A stretch of DNA of 64,000 bases from Octopus vulgaris (GCA_951406725.2 OX597822.1:54808001-54872000), one strand, 5' to 3'; positions 23,498 to 36,926 are shown, counted from the first letter of the stretch. The notes: a model not told the origin generated them from the letters alone. Translations and numbers: made by a program.

Positions 23498-26193
23498 GAT
23501 CTGTGCTAGTGTCAGTACATTACATAGTATTAAAAATAAAGTTTCGATGTACATCACTTGTGAGCAAGTTTGGCCTTATAAGCATGTATCACATTTTTGT
23601 AAATTGTTTTAGGTACTTATGTAGTGGAAAGCAGACATAGATACCTTCTTGGCCACTTCACTCTTAACCCATCAGATCGTAGAGGATGTATAACTAGATG
23701 TCCAGAGTGCTTCACTAGCACCTGGCTGGCACTTATTCCAGTTGAGTAGACTTGAGACATGTGATAATGAAGTACCTTGCTTGAGAACACAATGTGTCAC
23801 CTAATCTAGGAATTGAACCCACAACCTTTTGATCATGAGCTGAACACCTTGAGCATTACACTTTTACTGCTTGGCATTACTTTGAAACAATACCTAGCCT
23901 TTTTATGTGTGGGTGGCACATAAAAAGCACCAACCAATTGTGGCCGTTTCCAGCCTCTTCTGGATCCTGTGCCAGTGGCACGTAAAACACACCCACTACA
24001 CTCATGGAGTGGTTGGCGTTAGGAAGGGCATCCAGCTGTAGAAACACTGCCAGATCAGACTGGAGGCTGGTGCAGCCTCCTGGCTTCCCAGACCCCGGTC
24101 AAACCATCCAACACATGCTAGCATAGAAAATGGAAATGATGGATGTATTAAATATATATATATATATATATGTATGTATAGTCAATTCAAAGAACAAGCT
24201 ATTAAAAACAGAGGAAAAAGAGATACATGAATGTGAGGATGTGCATAAACAATATATTTATTTGACGCACAGTGAAAAGAGTGAGTTGCTAACAATTTGG
24301 GCATGGCTCTTCATCGAAAGAGGGAAGTTCAAAGAGAATGCAGGAAAAATTGCCAACAATCCACATGTGCTTACATTTCTGAAGTATCATATATCCTAAA
24401 AAGAAGCTCACTCTTTAATGGTATATGCATGTGTGTGTCTGTATATATATATATGTATTTGTAAAGAGTTGGTAACCATGTAGTTGAACCTGTGATTTTG
24501 ATTGTTGTAATTAGTAATATATTTTGGTGGGGATTCTATAAACAATATAACTCAAAGACAGAAGTCATCAATAGAATCTATAATACCTAGTTTTGATTTC
24601 TCACATGTCTTTGGCAGTTGTTCTTGAGCTTAAGGTCAGCCCTGATTAAACAGACATGATCAACAATATCCTAGTCACAGCCTTGTCATGTGTTTGCATA
24701 TAAGAGGCTACATTGTCTAATATACCCTTCTCTGTTTTAGGATGGCAGGTGTTGATTCAGATTAATATAGTCGCTATATCTAGCAAGTCAAGCCACCATA
24801 TAGATACTTGCCTGGTTTCAGGTTTTTTTCCACTGGGACTTGTTGGTCTTGTTTCACTCTGGATCAGTTCAAATCAATAAAAACTATGGTATAGTGCAAA
24901 TTCAGGGAAAATTTGGTTGCTGTTTCTACTAGGTTGTGTGACCACATAGAAGTCTCCTCAGTTGTCATAACAGGTATCTTTGTATGCATATGTGTGTAAG
25001 TATGAGTGTGTGTGTGTGTATTCCTGCTTACATGTGTGTGTTTCTGGACGGAGTGGCTGTTGTAGATGTACCCCTGAGGGAGGACACACTGTCTCACAGA
25101 GCATCATTAATGTGGGATCAGTTTGTTCTTCCTAAGAAGTTAGCCATTTTCTATTTCAAAACACACAAACACACAGAATGTATAGTATTGGTATCTAAGA
25201 GACCAGATGATGAATAATTTGCAGAAGATTGGAATTAGCTTGTTTTTTTTCAAGAACATTTGTCATGTAGGTGTCTTATAATCAGGAGTTGGAACCAGTT
25301 CTTGTACTCAGATCATCATGAACCTACCTTTTGCTGTGTGTTTCCCATACCAATATAAAGAGGATTAAATCAACAAGAGTCAATAACGGAGCCTCCATAC
25401 AATTGGCAGATTTGTTAGAAATATTAGCCAAATTTCCCTCACCATACTGTCTTAAGGGAAGAAGGAGATAATGGATAATGTTGTCTTAGCTGTCTGAAAA
25501 GAAAAACAAAATGATGGAATTGTTACAGAAGGAACACAGTTCTGTCAGATCTGAATAAATTCTGTCTCATCATTGCAAGCATAAAAAATTATGATTATGA
25601 TGAAGATGAAGGCATATATACATAAATGCATGCATGCATACAGACATATATGGATGTATACATATATATGTATACATTTGTGTATATGTATATATATATA
25701 CACACACACACATATTTGTGACCCCTTTGGTCATGAATGACCATGGGATTGCACCTAGAAAGTTACCCTCTGAGGCAGAAGTCTGGGCATACATACTAAC
25801 CCATACATACTAACCTCTCCTCGCCACTGATGTTATTTAAGGGAAAGGCAAAGGTCGATACAGCTTGGCACCAGTGACGTCGCAGCTCATTTATTAACGT
25901 GCAAGTGGCTGAGCACTCCAGAGACATGTTTACCCTTAACGTAGTTCTTGGGGAGATTCAGCATGACACAGAGTGTGACAAGGCTGGCCCTTTGACATAC
26001 AGATACAACAGAAACAGGAAGAAAGTGTGAGAGAAAGTTGTGGTGAAAGAGTACAGCAGGGTTCACCACTGACCCCTGCCAGAGCCTCGTGGAGCTTTAG
26101 GGGTTTTCGCTCAATAAACACTCACAATGCCCAGTGGGAATCGAAACCGCGAGTCCGCTGCCCTAATCACTGGGCCATTGTGCCTCCACACAC

Positions 26194-26245
<52 letters not shown>

Positions 26246-26315
26246 ATACAGTTTATTGAAACTGAATTTCTATCTCAACTTAAGTTTCATGCACTGTAAT
26301 CTTCATGTACATGTA

Positions 26316-26531
26316 CAAGGGGGGCTGAAAAGTTCCTGGCTTTAATGGTATCATGAAAGATCTGGTTGGAGGCCCAACCTTCTGAGTTCTTTTACAGAGC
26401 TTAGGACAACTGAAGGACCACTGCAATAAGTGTGTGAACCTGAGAGGGGAATATCTTGAATAAGATCATAATTATCTGATGCTCCTGTGTTTTCTTTTAT
26501 CAAAAGACTGGAACTTTTCAGCAACCCCTCG
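26316..26531. mobile_element. Mariner-type MITE
   Basis: TA followed by CAAGGGGGGCTGAAAAGTTCCTGGCTTT at the left and aaagactggaacttttcagcaacccctcg at the right. Confidence 0.8.
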
Positions 26532-27585
26532 TGTGTGTGTGCACATGTGCATGCATGCATGCATGCATCTTTGTATTTTCATTTGCATCCCCCAATACCA
26601 TTTGACATTCAGTCTGGGTTTGTTTACATCCATGTAATTCAGTGGTTTGGCAAAATAGAAACATATGAAATAAGTACCAAACTTTAAAAAAATATGTACT
26701 TACATAGACTTAATCAGTTAAACCCTTGAAGGCAATGCCCCAGCATGGCCACCCTGCTAGAAACCAATTCAAGGCTAAAAGAGTACATGGCTTATTTTTG
26801 TACCATGTCGCAGGAGGTTTGACTTTCATCCATCTTCCCAATATAGATTTTACAAATCAGTGTGCTTACATAAGCTTTTTTGTTGTCTTCAAATTGTATA
26901 CCCTCCTCCTCTTCCTTCTTCTTCATCATCCTCATCTCTTTTACCCTCGACATTACTATCTTCTTTAAGGAAAATTTCCTCATTTGGTTAAGGAATTTAT
27001 CATTGTTTTTGTTTCTATTATCTTTAATTCTTCAACTGCATTTTCTTGTTGTTGTTGATGTCATTGTTGTTATTGCTATCTTTGGGCAGCAGCAATTTGA
27101 CCCCTGCCAAGGGAGGACACACTGTCTCATGGTCAGTACTTTTCAACATGTAGAACAGAGTGTCCACTCTTAGCATATGGTCATTGTCGAATTATTTTTG
27201 AGAAAAGAAGAAGCATATTTATAACATATTGTTACATGGACAACCAAAACACGACTTCTCTTACACTGAATAAATATAGGATTAAAAAAGAAATTAGGTA
27301 TTTGAATAGTAAAAGCACCAAGGTAAGGTCAGGGATAGCGCACCTGTGTACTAGCAACGAGTACTGACATATATGTACTTACTAAAGTAAATATGGATTT
27401 GTCCTTCCAGTAATGCATAGATTCATAAGTAAGTGACTGGATACACACTGTGTCATCAAAGTTATACATGTGTACACTCACTGCAAGTATTCCACCATCA
27501 ACTATAAACTGTGGATCTAAATGTATGGAAGGTAATGAGTTAGGGGAAGAATAAATAATAACACAATCCATCTGTGTTATTATTT

Positions 27586-27616
<31 letters not shown>

Positions 27617-27830
27617 GTTGTGTTTTCATGGTTGGATATATATATTAAATGTATGTAACAATTATGAACTGTTCCATTATACTCTTTATTATAAAAAAAA
27701 TTTTTTTTGATAAGGTTCGTTATTTCAAGAACCGAAACATGTAAAATTAAAATTTATCTAATATAGTGGCATTTTCAAACTTCTTTTTTACAAATATATA
27801 TACATATATATGTTGTGTTTTCATGTTTGG

Positions 27831-27867
<37 letters not shown>

Positions 27868-28199
27868 TATATATAACAAAGTGAAGTTGTAAGGTGCCAC
27901 ACGAACGGAAATATATATGAAAGAAGGTTTGAAAATGCAATTTTAAAGATGTTTATTCACTTGACTGGTTTCAATTTCTTTAGAAAAAGATTGTCAAAAG
28001 TAAAATGCAAAGCTTTGTATAAGCTTTGTTGTGTTAAGTACTGGTTGTCACAAAAGTATTAAAATACACGTATACATTCTTTGATAATAATAAGAAAATG
28101 TTGCTGGGATTGTACCTAAATCAGTTTCAAATTTTGGCATAAGGCCAGCAAGTCTGAGGGGAAGGGGAAGTTGATTACATCAGCCCCACTGCTTAACTT

Positions 28200-28950
28200 C
28201 TTATTTCTTATTTCTTTATTGCTCACAAGGGGCTAAACATAGAGAGGACAAACAAGAATAGACAAAGGGACTAAGTCAATTAGATCGACCCCAGTGCGTA
28301 ACTGGTACTTATTTAATCGACCCCGAAAGGATGAAAGGCAAAGTCGACCTCGGCGGAATTTTGTACTCAGAACGTAGCAGCAGGCGAAATACATATTTCT
28401 TTACTACTCACGAGGGGCTAAACACAGAGAGAACAAATGGATTAAGCCGATTATATCGACCCCAGTGCGTAACTGGTACTTATTTAATCGGCTCCGAAAG
28501 GATGAAAGGCAAAGTCGACCTCGGCGGAATTTTGTGCTCAGAATGTAGCGGCAGGCGAAATACCTATTTCTTTACTATCCACAAGGGGCTAAACACAGAG
28601 AGAACAAATGGATTAAGCCGATTATATCAACCCCAGTGCGTAACTGGTACTTATTTAATCGACTCCGAAAGGATGAAAGGCAAAGTCGACCTCGGCGGAA
28701 TTTTGTACTCAGAATGTAGCAGCAGGCGAAATACCTATTTCTTTACTACCCACAAGGGGCTAAACACAGAGAGAACAAATGGATTAAGCCGATTATATCG
28801 ACCCCAGTGCGTAACTGGTACTTATTTAATCGGCTCCGAAAGGATGAAAGGCAAAGTCGACCTCGGCGGAGTTTTGAACTCAGAACGTAGCGGCAGGTGA
28901 AATACCACTAAGCATTTCGCCCGATGTGCTAACGTTTCTCCAAGCTCACC
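28200..28950 (-). repeat. Family B SINE multimer: one head plus four tandem 171-bp body units
   Basis: atgaaaggcaaagtcgacc occurs at 28331, 28502, 28673 and 28844 (period 171). A single tRNA head lies at ~28900-28950. Confidence 0.9.
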
Positions 28951-29211
28951 ACCCCACTGCTCAACTGGTACATATTTCATCAACTCTGAAAGGATGACAA
29001 GCAAAAGAAGACCTGGGTGGAATTTGAACTCAGAACATAAACACAAATGAAATCCCACTAAGCATTTTGTTCAGCGTGCTAATGATTCTGCAAACATGCT
29101 ACCTTAACTTAAACCTAGATCAAAAGCCATCATTATGAGCCAGGTAAAAAAAAGTTTTTAACTTCTTTGCACAAATGCAAAGAAGCACTTTTTTGGAGAA
29201 GATTATAGAAA

Positions 29212-29539
29212 TTGTACATTATTTATATTATTTACATTTGACTGATATTTGTCCTCATCTTGTCTGTTGTTAACACAACGTTTCGGCTGATTTATCCTCC
29301 AGCCTTCATCAGGTGTCTTGGGAAAATTTCGAACCTGGGTTCTCATTCCTAAGGTATTTTTCGATGTTGTTATTATTATTGTTGTTCAGGTCACTGCTTG
29401 GAATCGAACTTGGAATCTTGGGGTTAGTAGCCCGCGCTCTTAACCACTACGCCTTATGCCCATGGGCATATGATAAGGACAAATATCCGTCAAATGTAAA
29501 TAATGTACATAATTCCTCATCTCTTAAATATAGAACTGT
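29212..29539 (-). mobile_element. tRNA-headed, hammerhead-containing Penelope-like non-autonomous element with fold-back inversion
   Basis: TSD attatagaaa at 29202-29211 and 29540-29549. Box A-like aggcgtagtggtta and box B gttcgattcc on the minus strand. Hammerhead at 29272-29317. Palindrome at 29455-29470, followed by an inverted copy of the 3' end. Confidence 0.75.
29272..29317 (-). ncRNA. Minimal type I hammerhead ribozyme motif
   Basis: Minus strand GACAC-CUGAUGA-A-GGCUG-gaggauaaau-CAGCC-GAAA-C-GUU-GUGUU: intact core, 5-bp stem II, 5-bp stem I, palindromic AACGUU in place of stem III. Predicted cleavage between 29277 and 29276. Confidence 0.8.
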
Positions 29540-30199
29540 ATTATAGAAACTGGGTAGCAAAATAGCTTAGTTGTTAAAACAGCAGACACAATGCCTCATG
29601 AGTTGCATATGTTTTGAATCCCTGTCAAGACCAACCATAAAAAAAGTAAGCTTCTCAGAGTCAGGCAAACTCATAAGGGCCAGTTTTCAGGGACACTGTT
29701 CCATCACAGGATTACTTATTTTTGCCAGCTGAGTGTACTGGAGCAATATGAAATGAAGTGTTTTGCTGAAGAATGCAATGCATCACCTGGTCCAAGAATC
29801 GAAACTACAATCATGAGTCCAATACCTTAACCACCTAGCCACATGCTTCCACAAGGCCTCTTATCCATTCAGGGTTGATAAAAAAAAGTACTGATGTAGT
29901 ATGATGAATTAGTAGGACTATAAGAATATCTGACCGGATACTTTACCGTATTTCTTCCAACTCTCTGTGTTGTGAGTTCAAATCCTTCCATGACCACTGG
30001 ATGGTAGACCTAATCTACTATTTGGTTAATCATCACCATGTTAGGTAGCTTTAGATAAGTCTGCTCTGTTGGAGATATTTTTATTAAATCAACAGTTTGG
30101 CAATAACTTCTTCCTTCTCTCTCATCAGTCAGGGAAGACTTTAAAGAGTCATTGGTGCCAGCTTCCATCCTGATAAAAGATTAAAAAACAAAAGTAATC

Positions 30200-30615
30200 A
30201 AATAGGTGCAGATGAGGCTGTGTGATAAGAAACTTGCTTCCCAACCACATGGTTCTGTGTTCAGGTCCACAGTGTGGCACCTTGGGCAAGTATCTTCTAC
30301 TATAGCCTCAGGCCAACCAAAGCCTTGTGAGTGGATTTGATAGACAGAAACTGAAAGAAGCCCATTGTATATACATGTGTATATATATATGTATGTGTGT
30401 GTGTTTGTATCTGTGTTTGTCCCCCCTCCCATCACTGTTTGACAACCATTGTTGGTGTGTTTACATCTCGGTAACTTAGCAGTTCAGCAAAAGAAGCCAA
30501 TAGAATAAGTACTAAGCATTAAAAATAAGCCCTGGGGGTGATTTGTTCAACTAAAACCTTTCAAGATGGTGCTCCAGCTTGGCTGCAATCAAATGACCGA
30601 GACAAGTAAAAGAAA
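30200..30615 (+). mobile_element. tRNA-derived SINE, family A
   Basis: Full-length homology to the other family A copies. Confidence 0.8.
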
Positions 30616-33035
30616 TAGACATCACAAATCATCTCATCCACTGTTCTAACAATTCCACTTATTCAATTGAAAGCTAAAGTTGCAAAGTTGACTTAAGCAG
30701 GATTTAAATTCAGGGCATAGAACGCTGGAAAAAATATCCCTAATGACTTGGCCGGTTCACTTCCTTCATTTAACAAAGATATTTGCTTTGCTTCTCAATG
30801 TGTTTCAAGCCTGCACATCTTTATTTAGTGCAATAATGAAACGACACTGTTTAATAACCATATAAAATTTGGTTTCGTTTATTTCTTTCTCCCTCAAATC
30901 CTAAATATATAACATGCAATTATGGATTTATACATTTCACATTTGCATACCATCGGTGTTTCTGCTGGGTAATTATCTTGTCAGAAGAGAATGATATTGT
31001 CATGATTGACTTAATATCAACAACATACAAAGCGAAACACAGGTCACATGCACATCTAGAAAGAGACAAGTGATGAAACTTAGTTTGTAGATATGATCTT
31101 TAATGAGCAGGTTTTCTTACAAAGGTAAGGTCTGATATCATAACCAATAATTCCAGTTATTCATATTTCTCATACATTGATGCTAATGCTCTAGTTTTGG
31201 ATATGGCATTGTGTTTGTTCCTCTTCTTTTAGAATTGAGCGTGTTGCATCAAAGAGGAAATCATCACATATGCCTGATTATATCTCTATTTAGAGGACAA
31301 AGGAAAACATTTTGGTAATTTTTGACAGTACCATAATTTTGCTGTCCCTTTGGTCAGATGCAACAACTGACCCAAGATCATCAATAGCCAAGAATTCAAC
31401 AGTGTGGGTAAAAATGGATTGAATAAAATCAGTGACAGTGCCTCCACTTGGTGTATGTGTGGGAGTTAAAAGAACACAGTAAAGCGGCTGATAAAATGAA
31501 ATATCCAAAGATATACCAACCTGTGACAAAGAAAGTTTCTCAGAAAGGAGTCATCATCATCTCAATGTTGTCCTTCCTTATTACTGGCATGGACTGGATG
31601 GTTTGACAAGAACTGGAAAATCAGACAACTGCACCAAACTCTACTGTCAGCTTTGCCGTGGTTTCTGCTGCTGGATATCCTTCCCAACATTCCCATTCTG
31701 TAGCAGTAGGCCCTTCATCTGGGATGCCACATGCTGTGATACCTTCTCCAGTGGCAATTTGGTGTTGGCAGTTTCCAGCCCAGGTTTTATTGCTTGTCAG
31801 AGAAAAACAAACTGTCAATGTATTGGTCACTGTCTGACCGGTTTATGGTCAAGCCTGTGGCAGCTGAGACTGCTGGTGTACTTGCCATCCACATCCCTAC
31901 ACCATATAACTGCTCACTGCTATCAGGGCGGAGATGACTGTCCGCAAGTGCGAGCCCTGTGAATCAGAGTGGCTGTTCTAATGCATCTCCCTCGTTATCC
32001 TCCAGGGCAATGCCTTTGCCATTTAGTCTGCTGATGCCATGAGAAATGGTGAACTATCATAGAAGAAAGTAGCCTTTACTTTGACTATTTGTTGTTCTCT
32101 TTACATTATCTTGCCATCTTTGTTGTCTCTGTGCCTGTCTTATCTCTAAGTCTAATGTTCATTAACATGATTGGCTGAAACCTTACCTAACATTTACACT
32201 AACCAGATTGCAGACTGATGATACTGTGGCAGCAGCAGTTAGAGAAGTTGTCATCGCTGATTGCTGCCATATAAACAGAATATTGAAAGGATGTTACTGA
32301 ATGTCACATGCTGAGTGATGTTCATGAATCATATCTAAAAGCAAAGCAAATTTCCTTCGATAAATGAAACTGAAAATGAATACAAGAGATAGCTTGGACA
32401 GGGAGTTGTATCTGTAACGGACTGGCATTATCTTAAGGTATAGTCTTTAACCCTCAATCTTCTAAATGCAGAAACCTGGATAAGCATGGATAAGCTATGA
32501 CCTAATGAACCATTAGATTTGAAGTAGACTTAATACATTATTTACATATATTAAATCAAGTCCACATTGTTAAAGTTGTGTTTTGATTAAATATGTGTTT
32601 TGATTAAACAATCTTAATACATGCATGTGCACAATTGTAGAAAGCATTTACATAAACACATACATGTATATACATGCATGTGCATACATAAATTAGGGGT
32701 ATATATATATGTACAAGCATCAATTTACATTTGTGTCTGTTAGTTAATAATAAGTTGTTTGTCAAAAACACACAATTTACTCTACAATGAGGGCACAGCA
32801 AGTAAACACACCCCAACAACCATCATTATTTCCACTACCACCACCACCGCCACCATCCCCATTATATCACCCCACCATCCACCTTAAGACTTCAACCATT
32901 ATCTCTACTGCCTTCAATATGATTACAATTTCCACAATTCTCACCAGCCTTGTTCTATGACCACCACTGTGACTACCAACATTTGTCTAAAAGTCAATAA
33001 CAATAATAATAATAATAATAATAATAATAATCATA

Positions 33036-33066
<31 letters not shown>

Positions 33067-33859
33067 GAGCTTTTATATAGTTAATTGACCTGTTAGAAAT
33101 AGCACCCAAATCAACTTTGAAGCACATTCTTCAATCTTAACAAGCAGACGAGGTGGGGGCTTACAATCCTAAGTTTATTTAATTCAGCTTGACATAAGCC
33201 AAGTAGGGATTAAAAAACTGCAACACCTACCTCACTATAGCTACCAGCACCCTCACTTGTGTAACAACAGGCCATCACCTTTACTATCAACACCATCACC
33301 TTTACCACCACTACCACCACCATCAACAACAACTTGATGACTAAGACAACTAGTATCACCAGCGCCACCACCCAGAAACAGAGACTAATGTAATGAACTG
33401 TGTCAAGAAACTGAACACCATCTGACCTATGGCCTTAGAGATAAATTTCTTGCTACTTGGTTAGTAAATGTATATATTTACAGACATGTCAAGAATTTTG
33501 ACTGAAAATTGTTGTTTTATGTTGGTAAGGAGAGAAGAACTTTATTCAAGGTGAAATAACATCTTTGTAATATCACCTCAGATCTCCTCATACCTCCATC
33601 GGCCTTCATCTCTCTCACATTCCCTCTCGCTTTCTTTCTCTCTTCCTGCCTGTCTGTCTGTCTGCCTATCTATCTATTTGTAAATAGACATAAACACACG
33701 CAGGAGTGGCTGTGTGGTAAGTAGCTTGCTTACCAACCACATGGTTCTAGGTTCAGTCCCACTGCTTGGCACCTTAGGCATGTGTCTTCTACTATAGCCT
33801 CAGGCCAACCAAAGCCTTGTGAGTGGATTTGGTAGACGGAAACTGAAAGAAGCCCGTCG

Positions 33860-33892
<33 letters not shown>

Positions 33893-34914
33893 CTGTGTTT
33901 GTCTCCCCAACATCGCTTGACAACCGATGCTGGTGTGTTTACATCCCTGTAACTTAAGACTCTCTGACAGGACCCTTCACTTTGTTATTGTCTGATCAAT
34001 AGCATGCCTTATAGGACCCTTGCATTGAAAAATGCAAAGGGTATGACTCCTAGATATTAGATATTCACATTATAATAATCAATAAATAATTTGAATGTAT
34101 AAGGTTGTCTATTTACTTCTGTCATACCTCCTCGGCACACAAGGAGTATGAAGCAAACAACTCTTCTTTATAAACATATTTTACAGTCATTTTTGATGAA
34201 TAACGCTGCAGTTTCCCACCTACCAAATTCAGCCACAAGCTTATGGTTGGCCTAGGGCTATAGTAGAAAACACTTGCAGTGGGACTGAATGTGGAACCAT
34301 GTATTTGGGAAGCAAACTTCTCATCCACACAGTCATTCTTGCAGCTAACATGTGTGTGTGTGTGTGTGCATTCACATTTGTTGTTATTTCTAAGCAAGCT
34401 GATATTTCCCTATGGCTAAACAGGTTTTCTTGGAAGATTTAAACTGGTACTTCGTTGGTTCTGATGACAAGGGTTCCAGTTGATCTGATCAACAAAATAA
34501 CCAGCTTGTGAAATTGACATGCAACTGGCTGAGAACTCCACAGACATGCATAACCTCAATGTAGTTCCGAAAGAGATCCAGTATGACTCAGAGTGTGAAA
34601 AGACTCACTCTTTGAAATACAAGTACTTCTCTTGCAAGCTGAGTGGACTGGAGCTACATAAAATAAAGTGTCTTGCTCAAGGACTCAATGTATTGCCAGG
34701 AATTGAACTCAAAATCTTACAATTGTGATCTGAATTGCCTAACCACTAGGCCATAAAACTTCACTCTTGGGAGATTAGATTAGAAACAAATCACTGCTTG
34801 TATGATGGTGACACTCTCATTTACATCTATCACAAGGTACTGTATACACACATGCACATATACACACTACCATTCATACACACTCATATATATACACATA
34901 AATATATACATATA

Positions 34915-35295
34915 GATGTAGGAGTGGCTGTGTGGTAAGTAGCTTGCTTGTGAACCACATGGTTCTGGGTTCAGTCCCACTGCGTGGCACCTTGGGCAAG
35001 TGTATTCTACTATAACCTTGGGCTGACCAAAGCCTTGTAAGTGGATTTAGTTGATGGAAACTGAAAGAAGCCTGTCGTATATATGTATATATATTTATAT
35101 GTGTGTGTGTCTGTGTTTGTCCCCCAACATCGCTTGTGTTTACATCCCCGTAACTTAGCGGTTCGGCAAAAGAGACCAATAGAATAAGTACTAGGCTTAC
35201 AAAGAATAAGTCCTGGGGTTGATTTGCTCGACTAAAGGCGGTGCTCCAGCATGGCCACAGTCAAATGACTGAAACAAGTAAAAGAGTAAAAGAAT
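34915..35295 (+). mobile_element. tRNA-derived SINE, family A
   Basis: Head gtaggagtggctgtgtggtaag and tail aaacaagtaaaagagtaaaag. Confidence 0.85.
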
Positions 35296-36679
35296 ATATT
35301 ACAGGCTTCTTTCAGTTGTTGTCAATCAAATCGACTCACAAAGACTTGGTCTGCTTGGGGCTACAGTAGAAGGCACAAAGTGTCATGCTGTAAGGCTGAT
35401 CCAGTGACCACATAACTGAGAATCAAGCTTCTTAACCCTGCTTCCATGAATATAAAATATATTGATATAAAGTAAAATAAAAATAATCTTAAGAATAAAG
35501 CCTAATGTACATTATTGTGCTTTGTTCATTTCTTAATAAAAGTGGGACAGGGAAAACCTTGTAGTTTAATTTCATGTGTTTTGCTGACCTTGCATGAAGG
35601 CGCATGGCCTAGTTTTTAGAGCATCAGGATCACAATCCTGAGATAGTGAGTTCGATTTCCGGACTGAGCCATGCATTGTGCCCTTGAGCAAGAGCCTTTA
35701 TTTCACGTTGCTCCAGTTCACTCAGCTGTAGAAATGAGTTGCAACATCACTGTGGTTCGCAAGCAAGCAACTTACCACACAGCCACTCCAACGCCCATAA
35801 AAAATTGGGCTTGTCCGGGATACGAACCCTGTATATATATGTGTATGTGTGTGTGTGTAATATAAATAATATATAAATATATGCATATATACATACATAT
35901 ATGTACATACCTACATATATATGTATATATACATGCATATATGGGTACAGGACATCAAAAAAACGTTGAACACAATGAGAAACGAAAACATAAAAACAAA
36001 AACATAGAAAACTAACATTTTTTCGAACAGCGAAAAAAAACAAACAGAGAAAGGAGACATACAACATAAAGAATATTCCCCTTCTTCAGTTGTCCCTGTT
36101 TCATCTACTCTGCGTTTCGAAGGCAAGGACAAGACGCGACTTCATTGAAACAGTCCTTCCCGCAAAACAAATTAAATAAAATTGGGGATTTTTTGCAGAG
36201 GGTGAAAGTGGTAACAAGAACAGTAAAAACAAACAGTGAGGATTGTTAAGCCAAGACGATGGAAAAATTATTAACAACTGCTGTTACTTTGTTTACATCC
36301 CTGTAACTTAGCAGTTCAGCAAAAGAAACTGATAGAATAAGTACTAGGTTTGAAAAGAAATAAGTAGTGGGGTTAATTCGTTCGAATAAAACCCCTCAAG
36401 ATGGTACCCCAGCATGGTCACACAAAAGATATAAGAAGGATGCATTGTTTCAGAAACAAAGCAAAATAAAAAAAGAGGATACTCACTGTTTTAGTACTTT
36501 TGATGAATGCTGGCCCTGGGGAAAATTTAAAAAAAAAAAAGATAAATAAAAAAATTTGGTCAGTTTATTAATCTTCATCTAAAAATTCTTCATTAAAACA
36601 AAATATTTAAAAAAAAAAAGTGGGGCAAGAAAGGTAGATCTGAGTGCAGTACAATGGTTGTGAAGAGAAAGAGGCTGTG

Positions 36680-36926
36680 AATTGCTGCAGCTACTACTAC
36701 TACTACTACCACCACCACCACCACTACTACTACTACTACAACTGTCACCACTGTTGCTGTAGTTGCAGCTACAGGTGGTGAAGCTGTTGCTGCTGCTGCT
36801 ACTACTAATACTACTACCACCACTGCTGCCACTGTCGTCGTCACCACCACCTCCACCACTACTACTATAACTCACCACTGTTGCTGTTGTTGCAGCTACA
36901 AGTGGTGAAGCTGTTGCTGCTGCTTC

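Noticed and set aside
24915-24965. CTGAGGA...GAAA on the minus strand as a hammerhead
   Set aside because: No stem II or cleavage-site pairing. It is part of a common dispersed repeat (tttggctgctatttctagc family).
28331-28900. 189-aa repetitive ORF
   Set aside because: Antisense reading of a SINE array whose 171-bp period happens to be a multiple of three.
29385-29465. Functional tRNA gene (also the other SINE heads)
   Set aside because: The acceptor stem cannot close and the sequence continues into a mobile-element body. It is a tRNA-derived promoter only.
31431-31521. Minus-strand hydrophobic reading WYIFGYFILSAALLCSF as a transmembrane terminal exon
   Set aside because: The only nearby upstream exon candidate has stops in that frame and no homologue is recognised. 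Kept only as part of the non-coding transcript hypothesis.
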